A stretch of DNA of 64,000 nucleotides. It comes from Pseudomonadota bacterium. Lineage in GTDB: Bacteria > Pseudomonadota > Alphaproteobacteria > RF32 > CAG-239. A program made the translations under genes and the position numbers. Positions 28,735-37,043 of the stretch are shown in pieces. Numbering within the stretch: position 1 is the first letter of the stretch; each line of letters begins with the position of its first letter. Under the pieces are notes generated by a model that saw only the letters and a list, made by a program, of their open reading frames with translations, did not search any database and was not told the origin of the DNA. Where the stretch lies: assembly GCA_918234285.1 (NCBI GenBank), contig CAKJXZ020000014.1:20777-84776 (forward strand). The letters are read 5' to 3'.

Positions 28735-29428
28735 AAATATTGTTATTTTAACCGGTGCCGGTATTTCCGCCGAATCCGGATTGGCAACTTTTCGCAGTGA
28801 GGACGGGTTGTGGAACAAACATCGGGTGGAAGATGTGGCCACCATTGAGGCATTTTATCGCAATCCCGATTATGTGCACGAGTTTTATAACGAAATGCGG
28901 CCGGAGCTGTTTAATACTCAACCTAATGCCGCGCATAAGGCAATTACGACTCTGCAGGAAAAGTACCCGGCCGAAATAAGCGTGATAACGCAAAATGTCG
29001 ATACTTTGCATGAAAAGGCCGGTAACAAAAACGTATATCACATTCACGGGCAGATTAATCAGATGCGTTGCTTAAATTGCGGTCATGTGTTTGAAACTTG
29101 GGGCGAATTTTCTTCGGAAGATGTGTGCGAAAATTGCGGTATGGCCGCGACCTTAAAGCCGAATATCGTGTTTTTCGGCGAAGATTTATTGTATATGGAT
29201 AAAGTTGATGAATTGCTGAAGACTTGTGATTTGTTTTTATCAATAGGCACTTCGGGGGTGGTGTATCCGGCGGCCGGATTTGTGCAGATAGCCAAGATAT
29301 TCGGGGCGGATACTTACGAATTTAATATGGAAAAAACCTCAAACAACCTGATGTTTGACGAACATATCTACGGTCCGGCCGGTACGACATTGCCGGAGTT
29401 TGTGGAAAAATTGCTGGCGGAAAAATAA
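28721..29428 (+). CDS. cobB: NAD-dependent protein deacylase (sirtuin)
   Basis: GAGISAESGLATFR, TQNVD.LHE, HG, two CxxC, IGTSG.VYPAA. Confidence 0.93.
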   Translation: MRKYKNIVILTGAGISAESGLATFRSEDGLWNKHRVEDVATIEAFYRNPDYVHEFYNEMRPELFNTQPNAAHKAITTLQEKYPAEISVITQNVDTLHEKAGNKNVYHIHGQINQMRCLNCGHVFETWGEFSSEDVCENCGMAATLKPNIVFFGEDLLYMDKVDELLKTCDLFLSIGTSGVVYPAAGFVQIAKIFGADTYEFNMEKTSNNLMFDEHIYGPAGTTLPEFVEKLLAEK

Positions 29429-29469
29429 AAGAGCCAAACGTTCGTAAAGAACGAATGGCTCTGTCATCT

Positions 29470-29730
29470 CTAGAGGTTGGGATGAAATTTTTCAATCATC
29501 TGACTGACTTCATCAGCAACCCGAGGTTCTGCCGGCGCTATTTTTTGCAGCAGGGTCTTGATTTTCGGAACCTCGTCAAGGGGGATGTTTTCAACTTCAC
29601 CCATTTTGTCCTCCAACATCTTGATGATGCCGTTGCGGATTACATGACTGTTCTCAGATTCCTGTTTCAAAGATTGGCTGATAAGGCGCAATGGTAGCAG
29701 AAGCCCGCTTGTTTTTTTGTTTTCACTCAT
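29470..29730 (-). CDS. Hypothetical protein
   Basis: ORF downstream of a consensus minus-strand promoter. Confidence 0.55.
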   Translation of the reverse strand: MSENKKTSGLLLPLRLISQSLKQESENSHVIRNGIIKMLEDKMGEVENIPLDEVPKIKTLLQKIAPAEPRVADEVSQMIEKFHPNL

Positions 29731-29767
29731 AGATATATATAACTAAATAATTTTTTCACAATTTCTC

Positions 29768-29796
29768 ATTATATGCTCTCAGATTATAAATGTCAA
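29768..29796 (-). promoter_or_regulatory. Consensus sigma70 promoter
   Basis: TTGACA-17 nt-TATAAT on minus strand. Confidence 0.75.
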
Positions 29797-29822
29797 GTAT
29801 ATAAAATCAAATATCGTAAAAA

Positions 29823-30263
29823 CTATTCGGCATTTATCCATTCGAGGGTATCCTTAGTGATACATATCAGTACGGCTACGAACAGTCGGACCATACTCCA
29901 CAATACGGAAATTGCCTGCAAAAAACAAAGAACGAGTGAATAACACACCACAAAATAGATGAGCAATACAATCATCAAATTGATGAAATAGTTTAAAACA
30001 GAGAATGATCCGCTTTGCCAATAGTCACCAATCTCGGCAAACAACGCGAGCAAAACGTTTACAACGTACAATACCCTACAGGTTTTTTGCATATTAGGGT
30101 GCTTGGCAAAAGTGAATTTCTGATACCGCGCCAGCGGTATGCTCATGTCATTGAGATAAAACTCACAACCGGTCAGAAAAGCCGCCAGTAACAAACCGAC
30201 CCAGAATATCGGGTTACCGTAACTTAATAGTAATTCCATACATAAAGATATTAAATAACACAC
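29823..30263 (-). CDS. Hypothetical membrane protein
   Basis: Several hydrophobic segments; minus-strand promoter TTGACA-17-TACACT at 30311-30283; start uncertain. Confidence 0.55.
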   Translation of the reverse strand: MCYLISLCMELLLSYGNPIFWVGLLLAAFLTGCEFYLNDMSIPLARYQKFTFAKHPNMQKTCRVLYVVNVLLALFAEIGDYWQSGSFSVLNYFINLMIVLLIYFVVCYSLVLCFLQAISVLWSMVRLFVAVLICITKDTLEWINAE

Positions 30264-30319
30264 TAATTTTTAATTGTGCGGCAGTGTATTATTCTTTTAT
30301 CAATCTGTCAATAAGTGAT

Positions 30320-31264
30320 TTATTTGTATGAAGCGCGTTTTAAGCGGTCGTTGATGGCTAGTCCCAGACCGTTACGCGGAATAGGGGCTACGGCGATTTT
30401 GCCGCGCAAGGCTGAAGAATCGGCCAAACGCAGATAGGCAAACAGGTTGCCGGCGGCCTCCTTAACATCGCCGCGCGGGCTTAAGTTTATATCGCCGTCT
30501 ATTTTGCCGAAGCCGATGAAATATTCGTCTTTATCCGGTCGGACTACATTGATGCGCAAGACGTTGCGCGGAGCATAATGACGCAGTAATTGCCCCGGTG
30601 CGGAAGGTAAATCCGGATTACCGGCGGAAAGCAAAACTTCTTCGCCCAAAAATTCTTCAATATCTTCTTTGGCCGTACCGCCGGCACGCAACATAACCAC
30701 TTGCGGACCGGTTAAATCCAAAATGGTTGATTCAACCCCGACCGCGCAAGGGCCGCCGTCCAAAATCATATCAACTTTATCGCCCAAACCGTCGGCAACA
30801 TGTTGCGCCGTGGTCGGACTTATGGATTGGTATTTGTTAGCCGAAGGTGCCACAATCGGCACTCCGCTCTTGCGGATAAGTTCCAATGCCATCGGGTGAC
30901 GCGGCATTCTGACCGTCAGCGTACGCAAACCGGAGCAAGCCAAGTCAATTGCCGGATTTTCTTCAATGCGTTTTAAAACAAAGGTGAGCGGCCCCGGCCA
31001 AAAACGTTTGGCCAACGCAAATACGCGCGCATCGGTGGCAGCATATTCTTTCAAAAAATCAACTTCGGCAATATGCGAAATCAGCGGGTCGAAATGCGGC
31101 CGCTGTTTGGCGGCAAAAATAGCGGCAACCGCCTGTGCGTTGTATACGTTAGCGCCCAAGCCGTAAACCGTTTCGGTCGGAAAGGCCACCAGTCCGCCGT
31201 TTTTAATAATCGCAGCGGCTTTTTCCATATTTTGCGGAGTATTTTTGTAAATATTATCAGTCAT
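30320..31264 (-). CDS. tsaC: L-threonylcarbamoyladenylate synthase (Sua5 type)
   Basis: VAFPTETVYGLGA, KQRP, APSAN, GVESTI, APGQLLRHYAP, AINDRLKRA. Confidence 0.95.
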   Translation of the reverse strand: MTDNIYKNTPQNMEKAAAIIKNGGLVAFPTETVYGLGANVYNAQAVAAIFAAKQRPHFDPLISHIAEVDFLKEYAATDARVFALAKRFWPGPLTFVLKRIEENPAIDLACSGLRTLTVRMPRHPMALELIRKSGVPIVAPSANKYQSISPTTAQHVADGLGDKVDMILDGGPCAVGVESTILDLTGPQVVMLRAGGTAKEDIEEFLGEEVLLSAGNPDLPSAPGQLLRHYAPRNVLRINVVRPDKDEYFIGFGKIDGDINLSPRGDVKEAAGNLFAYLRLADSSALRGKIAVAPIPRNGLGLAINDRLKRASYK

Positions 31265-31265
31265 C

Positions 31266-31667
31266 TCAAAAATTAAATATCTTACTCAAAGCATAATCTA
31301 ACTCGACTTCTCCGTACTTATCCGTAACTTTAAAATCGTTGCGATCGATAATCAGGTATTCGCCCAGAGTGTAGTCATAACAAAGCAAATCAAAATCGTT
31401 GTATCCGAGCAAAATGGTGTTTTCCGGCTTTTTCATCTGCTCGTTTTTATCAATGATATCCAAATCGTCGTCAACCGTGGCACCGAAAAGATAAGAACCG
31501 TCGAATTTCATTCCGTTATAATGGTGGAGAAAATCTGCATAAGACTTAGGTATCAGACCCAGTCCCATGTTATGCAGAACTTTTTGGGCAATAATCAGCG
31601 CTTCGGCCTCTAACTTTTCTCCGTGGGCAAACTTTTTGCCTTTGATTTCATTCAGAAATGTATTCAT
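31266..31667 (-). CDS. SMI1/KNR4 (SUKH, YrhA-like) immunity-family protein
   Basis: IPKSYADFLHHYNG..FDG..LFG, then LLG...LCYD; ATGA overlap with upstream nuclease gene. Confidence 0.8.
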   Translation of the reverse strand: MNTFLNEIKGKKFAHGEKLEAEALIIAQKVLHNMGLGLIPKSYADFLHHYNGMKFDGSYLFGATVDDDLDIIDKNEQMKKPENTILLGYNDFDLLCYDYTLGEYLIIDRNDFKVTDKYGEVELDYALSKIFNF

Positions 31668-33232
31668 AGCTCATTTCCTTTGTTGTTTTTTATCAGCTTC
31701 AGATTTTTCCCCGCAGCCTTGTTAATGCTCTTCTTTGCCTTGGAGTCAGGCACAATCCAATCGGTAAAAATCTGTAAGTCTTCGGCAGAAACGTTGATTT
31801 TATCTTGCAACATGCTAATCAGGTTGCGGCGCTCGTTACTCAAGTCGCGTTTAGAATATTCAATGTTGTAGCGGTCGGCGATTTCCGGAATGTTGTTAAA
31901 GCGCTGCAGTTGCATTTCATAATAGTTAACCACGTTTTGCTTATCTTGATTAATGCGCTTTTGCAAACTGCTGTTTTTATCCCAATCGCAACTGATTTCA
32001 AAATTAAAACCGTCAAGCAACGCCACATTGGAATCATACATATTGATACGGGAAAAATACATCTCGTTGTTTTTTGCAACTTCGTCGGTGTCATCAAACC
32101 CGTGGAAATAGGCGCGATGCATTTCATGCTCGACCAGCACCAGATTGGTCGGATAATTTACTTTGGCCAAATAATCGTCGTCGTTGGCAAATTTCACGGC
32201 GTTTTTATGGTGAACCTCAAAGCACGGCATATCATCTTTGCTCAGCGGCAGGCCGTTTTCATCGCGGGCAACAAGAATATTTTCTTTGTCTGCCAGAAAC
32301 ATTCGATCCATCAGCTCTTCCGGTATCTTATCGCCGACTTTATAGTCTTCACTATAGTACGGGGTGTTACGCAAATCTTTGATAATGCGCGGAGTAAAAT
32401 TGATTTCCGTCACCACCAGAGTAGAAATATCGCAGCAACCGCTTTTAGCCATACGTCGGCACAGCGAAACAACTTTGCGCTCGTCCAGACCATTGGCAAT
32501 CAGCCGATTATATAAGGTTTTGCCCTGTTCGCGCATAAAACTCTTAACAAACTTCTTTTTATAGCCGGTTTTAAGGAACAATGCCTTCATCGATTCCGGA
32601 GTTTTGGCAAAGGATTTATGAATAACATCGCAGAAATCGCTGACCGACATAACCTTGAGCGCGTCGGGATTAATGCCGTTTTTATACATATAGCGGCGAA
32701 CGTTTGGGGCAATCGTGCGGAAGCTCTCAAACTGATTGAAAACGCGCCACATCGGCGATTGTGATAAATCATAATCCTTCAGTTTGAATTTGCCGCGGTT
32801 TTCGTTTTTGCAGAAAAATTTGTAATACGAGCTGAGTTCGTGTTCGCGGCGGGCATCAATTGAGCCGTAACATTCCATCCTTACCAGCTTTTTTTCGTCA
32901 TCGGACAGCGGATAATAAATATTGCCGGCATCATAAAAAGAGCCGCACATCCAACCTATCATCTCAAGGCAGTCAGCGCTTAAATCAAGCAATTTCTCCT
33001 GCATCTTGGCCGGAGAAATCGTGACTTTGTTATAAGTAATGTCGTGCAACAGGTCAACCAGAGCAATTTGTCGCGGATATTCCAGATTGGTAAAATTTTC
33101 CTGAAAATCAATGGGATTGCGCAGAGTTTCCCATAAGTCGGCATTATCCTTGATAAATCTGCCGGTAAGTTCAGATGCACTCGGTAGAAAATCAAAATGT
33201 TTTTCGGCGTATGTCTTCTTTCTGCGGCTCAT
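31664..33232 (-). CDS. HNH-motif nuclease-like protein (putative toxin)
   Basis: FEVHHKN...NYPTNLVLV...HRAYFH. Confidence 0.7.
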   Translation of the reverse strand: MSRRKKTYAEKHFDFLPSASELTGRFIKDNADLWETLRNPIDFQENFTNLEYPRQIALVDLLHDITYNKVTISPAKMQEKLLDLSADCLEMIGWMCGSFYDAGNIYYPLSDDEKKLVRMECYGSIDARREHELSSYYKFFCKNENRGKFKLKDYDLSQSPMWRVFNQFESFRTIAPNVRRYMYKNGINPDALKVMSVSDFCDVIHKSFAKTPESMKALFLKTGYKKKFVKSFMREQGKTLYNRLIANGLDERKVVSLCRRMAKSGCCDISTLVVTEINFTPRIIKDLRNTPYYSEDYKVGDKIPEELMDRMFLADKENILVARDENGLPLSKDDMPCFEVHHKNAVKFANDDDYLAKVNYPTNLVLVEHEMHRAYFHGFDDTDEVAKNNEMYFSRINMYDSNVALLDGFNFEISCDWDKNSSLQKRINQDKQNVVNYYEMQLQRFNNIPEIADRYNIEYSKRDLSNERRNLISMLQDKINVSAEDLQIFTDWIVPDSKAKKSINKAAGKNLKLIKNNKGNEL

Positions 33233-33360
33233 TATACTAACCCCGGTTACACATTGAAATTTGTTTTGTCTAAACTATATCAAAAAAATATTATAAAGTC
33301 TACTATTTTTTAACGATATTCAACGATTATAATAAAAAAAGTTCTGTGAAGGAGGAAATA

Positions 33361-34785
33361 ATGGTTGAATTTGTAATCGGGCGCAATATCGGTGCCAAAG
33401 GGGATAAAGTTATTGCGGCGGCAAAGCCGGAAGATATCGTTAAGTTGCTTAACGATAATGAAGCGGGGTTGGTTGCTGCCGTTAAAAAGCAAAAACCGGA
33501 AGATAAAATTAAAGAATATGATTTGGGCGAATATAAGGTGTTTGTCGCCGTGGTTAAGGCCGATACGGCGGTAGAATGGCAAAAGTTTGGCGGGGCGATG
33601 TGGCAAAAAATCAAGAATTGTCGCACGGTTAAGGTGGCACTGCCGAAGATTGATACCTCAAAAGTGTATGACTTTGCGCTCGGTGTCGAGCTGACCTCTT
33701 ATCGCTTTGATAAATATTTTACCAAGAAAAAAGAATCGTTCTATCCGAAACTGGAAAAAATCGCTTTTACCAATACCGGTCTTAAAGATATGAGCGGCTA
33801 CAAAGATGTTGCCGCCGTAGCCAATGCCGTGCGCTATGCTCGCGATTTGATTAACGAACCGGCAAATGCCATGACGCCGGAAATTCTGGCCGGGGATATT
33901 AAGCGGTTGGAATATCTCGGTTTGGAAGTGGAAATTTTGGAAGAAACCAAAATGCGGGAGCTTGGTTTTAATCTGGCACTGGCGGTGGCGCAAGGTTCGG
34001 TTAATCGGCCGCGAATTGCGATTATCAAGTGGCGCGGCAATCCGAAAGACGATAGATTTGCGGTCGGTCTGGTCGGCAAGGGTGTAACCTTTGACAGCGG
34101 CGGTATATCGATTAAGCCGGCGGCTAATATGGGCGATATGAAACAAGATATGGCCGGTGCGGCGGCAATGACGGCGGTGATGAAATCGCTGGCTTTGCAA
34201 AAAGCGCCGAAAAACGTGGTGGCGGTTGTCGGTTTGGTGGAAAATATGCCTTCGGGCAGTGCTTATCGTCCGGGGGATGTTTTTACCTCTATGTCGGGAC
34301 AAACCGTGGAGGTGTTGAATACCGATGCTGAAGGGCGGTTGGTGTTGGCTGATTGTCTGACCTATATTCAAAAGATGTTCAAGCCGAAATGTATTGCCGA
34401 TATGGCGACCTTGACCGGGGCGATTATTATTGCGCTGGGCCATACTTTTGCCGGTATTTTTGCCAATAACGATAAGCTGGCGGAAAAGATTACGGCGGCC
34501 GGCAAACAGAGCGGCGAACGCGTGTGGCGGTTGCCGATGGATGCCGAATATGACAAGCAGATGGATTCTACGATTGCCGATATGCGGAATATCGGCAACG
34601 GACGTGCGGCCGGTTCGGCTACGGCGGCTTGTTTCTTGCAACGCTTTATCGAAAAAGGTACGCCTTGGGTGCATATCGATATTGCCGGTATGGATTTGAG
34701 CGAAGGTACGAATGTTTTGTATCCGAAAGGAGCAAGCGGCTTCGGGGTGCGTTTGCTCAACACGTTTATTAATTCGCTGAAATAA
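33361..34785 (+). CDS. pepA: Leucyl aminopeptidase (M17)
   Basis: VGKGVTFDSGG, MKQDMAG, NTDAEGRLVLAD; SD AGGAGG before ATG 33361. Confidence 0.96.
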   Translation: MVEFVIGRNIGAKGDKVIAAAKPEDIVKLLNDNEAGLVAAVKKQKPEDKIKEYDLGEYKVFVAVVKADTAVEWQKFGGAMWQKIKNCRTVKVALPKIDTSKVYDFALGVELTSYRFDKYFTKKKESFYPKLEKIAFTNTGLKDMSGYKDVAAVANAVRYARDLINEPANAMTPEILAGDIKRLEYLGLEVEILEETKMRELGFNLALAVAQGSVNRPRIAIIKWRGNPKDDRFAVGLVGKGVTFDSGGISIKPAANMGDMKQDMAGAAAMTAVMKSLALQKAPKNVVAVVGLVENMPSGSAYRPGDVFTSMSGQTVEVLNTDAEGRLVLADCLTYIQKMFKPKCIADMATLTGAIIIALGHTFAGIFANNDKLAEKITAAGKQSGERVWRLPMDAEYDKQMDSTIADMRNIGNGRAAGSATAACFLQRFIEKGTPWVHIDIAGMDLSEGTNVLYPKGASGFGVRLLNTFINSLK

Positions 34786-34831
34786 TAAATCAGCCGCTGA
34801 CAACGGCGGCCGGGAATATATAAAATCCGCT

Positions 34832-34861
34832 TGAGGTAAGATGCTTCAAGCGGATTTTTTT
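34832..34861 (+). terminator. Intrinsic terminator after pepA
   Basis: AAAATCCGCTTGA...TCAAGCGGATTTTTT. Confidence 0.85.
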
Positions 34862-34867
34862 ATTAAG

Positions 34868-35299
34868 GTCATACCTCAACCTGCGCTGTGCCGGAGGAAC
34901 AAAAACAACCTCTAAATGTTGTTTTTGGACGATGGGCGAAGGAAACTTAATGAGCCGTAACGGTAGTAACGGCGAATTTAGTAGACGAGTGACCGAAGTA
35001 AGCCGTAGGTGAAACAAGAACAGGTTGTCAAGGTATCTCGTCTTCTGGCACATAGTGCCACTTCCAATTCACAAAAGATATAGCGCTTCGCAAAGGTTAG
35101 ATGCCTGGACGCGGTGATGCACTGCACACCGCGAGGCATGACGCTATTTTTATGCCGCCACGAGTGATTTTTTTATTGTTGTCATTAAAAAATAACAAGT
35201 CATCGCTCGCTTTGCCGTAAGGCAAATGCGTCAAGCGATCTTCCGATTTTTTAAAATTCGAAGATGCCTTGACGTTTTCTGGCGAAAACGAGGCATGAC
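34868..35299. repeat. Four GTCAT-tagged palindromic (REP-like) units in two inverted pairs
   Basis: Pattern GTCAT-n4-stem-loop-stem-TC(A/C)-n4'-ATCT: forward 34868-35038 and 35199-35241, reverse 35099-35142 and 35262-35299. Confidence 0.7.
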
Positions 35300-35413
35300 T
35301 CTACATAAAGCCGCGAGGGATTTTTTTGTTTGACTCTGATGTATTTTTTATTTAAGGTATGTGCCGTAAAATCTATAATTATACTAAATTATTAACTTTA
35401 AATATTATTACTT

Positions 35414-35821
35414 ATGAATTTAAAACTACTGAAAATCATTAGGAGTGTATGTCCAAAAAATTGCATTGTAAAAAGTCTGTCAACCAGACGCAAAGGCAAT
35501 CCGGACCTGGTGGTTGTAAAATTTCCGGCCAATATGATTACACGGGGCTGTACCGTATATGATTGGGAAATTGAGCAAACACATGACTTACATCATAGCA
35601 AAATCCGTCCGTTGAAGCTCCCTGAAGGCGACAGAATGTTCTATTACTGCGGAGAGTTTTTTGTGTTTTATTCACCTTACGACGGATTCTTGAAAGATTT
35701 CGGAAAATATACCACATATAAGGTATTCGGTGAATATGAATATCAACGATATGTCGGTGAATGCTGCGATATCAACAAACTTCTCTCTTATCTGACCGAT
35801 ACGGAAGATATTGTTTATTGA
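35414..35821 (+). CDS. Hypothetical protein
   Basis: 135-aa ORF with own promoter-like (TTGACT-17-TAAGGT) and terminator-like sequences. Confidence 0.65.
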   Translation: MNLKLLKIIRSVCPKNCIVKSLSTRRKGNPDLVVVKFPANMITRGCTVYDWEIEQTHDLHHSKIRPLKLPEGDRMFYYCGEFFVFYSPYDGFLKDFGKYTTYKVFGEYEYQRYVGECCDINKLLSYLTDTEDIVY

Positions 35822-35880
35822 ATACAAAAAAATCCCCCGCCGCTCAACCGCCGCGAGGGATTTAATTTTTTATACAGTGA

Positions 35881-36387
35881 CTAAATGTTACCGAATAAAT
35901 CAGCTTTCAGCACATCGCCAAGTTCGATATTATATTTATCGGCCTGACCGGCATTAACCTCCAACACCGCGCGCGGTCTTTTCGGAGCAACAATCGGGGT
36001 TATGTCATTCGGCTGTGCATTTTTATAAATGTAGAAAACAACGCCGTTTTCATCCAGAAACAGCATATCCAGCGGAATCAGCGTATCTTTCATCCAAAAT
36101 GCAATCTGTGCATCTTTCGGTGCAATATTAACATCAAACAGCAAACCGTAGTTCTCATCAATAGAGGTGCGTCCCATTAAGCCGTGATAAATCTTTTCCT
36201 GTGTATCGGCAACATTGATTTGGAAAGTATTCTTTGTCTCTCCGCCGTCTTTAGCCACAACCGCGGCTTCGGAAACTGCCGGCCATTCAAGAGAGGCTTT
36301 GTTGGCGGCCTGGTTATTTTCTTCATCGGAACATGCAGACATCAAAACCATTGCTGCCAGCGCTAAAATTCTGTAAAACTTAAACAT
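35881..36387 (-). CDS. DUF192-family lipoprotein
   Basis: Lipobox MSAC; GLMGR, FWMKDTLIPLDMLF, AVLEVNAG. Confidence 0.9.
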   Translation of the reverse strand: MFKFYRILALAAMVLMSACSDEENNQAANKASLEWPAVSEAAVVAKDGGETKNTFQINVADTQEKIYHGLMGRTSIDENYGLLFDVNIAPKDAQIAFWMKDTLIPLDMLFLDENGVVFYIYKNAQPNDITPIVAPKRPRAVLEVNAGQADKYNIELGDVLKADLFGNI

Positions 36388-36572
36388 AATCACTCCTATT
36401 TTTATCGTTTGACGTGTGTATGGTACAGCACATTTTCAATAAGTTCAAACACATTTTAATAATTATTTACAAAAAAAACGTTAATTTTTTTGGGGAAAAA
36501 CAGCTTTTCCGTTTGTGTTAATATGTAATATTTTCTAAATTATATGGCAAAGAGCCATAGAGGAGAAGAGAT

Positions 36573-37043
36573 ATGAGAAAATTGTTGATTGCGGGTATGT
36601 CCCTGATTTTAAGCGGTTGTGCCGGGTTGTTCAACGGTCCGGATTGCCGTTTATCCGAGGATGAATACGTTTCTAAAATTGCCGAGGCAAGATTGGAGGG
36701 AGTTGTTCATTTTGATGACGGTAAAGCCGATTTGAAGAAAAATGATTTACAGATTATCCGCGATGTTGCCGCCAAAACGACCGACGATGCGATATTGGTT
36801 GTTTACGGACATGCTTCGCACCGCACTCGCACCAAAGATCCGATACAGCGGATTTTGGTAAATATCGATATTTCCAATGAACGAGCCGTCAATACGGCAA
36901 AAGCTCTGGCAGCGGCCGGTGTTCCTGCCGATAAAATAAGCACTATTGCCATGTTCGACAGTCGGCCGGTCAAAAAGGAAGTTACCCGTGCCGATGAAGC
37001 AGCCAATCGTCGTGCGGAAATTTATTTGTATCGGCTTAAATAA
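36573..37043 (+). CDS. OmpA-family peptidoglycan-binding lipoprotein
   Basis: Lipobox LSGC; VHFDDGKADL, VYGHAS, ISNERA, NRRAEI. Confidence 0.88.
   Translation: MRKLLIAGMSLILSGCAGLFNGPDCRLSEDEYVSKIAEARLEGVVHFDDGKADLKKNDLQIIRDVAAKTTDDAILVVYGHASHRTRTKDPIQRILVNIDISNERAVNTAKALAAAGVPADKISTIAMFDSRPVKKEVTRADEAANRRAEIYLYRLK

Noticed and set aside
34945-34982. Hammerhead ribozyme (TAATGAG-CCGT...ACGG-CGAA)
   Set aside because: Core differs from CUGAUGA...GAAA and stems I/III with a cleavage triplet could not be built.
34862-35070. Group IIC intron inserted after a terminator
   Set aside because: No GUGYG start, no recognisable domain V/VI and no RT ORF.
36455-36470. CtrA box (TTAA-N7-TTAC) upstream of the OmpA-family gene
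   Set aside because: Single imperfect match in very AT-rich DNA, not distinguishable from chance by eye.
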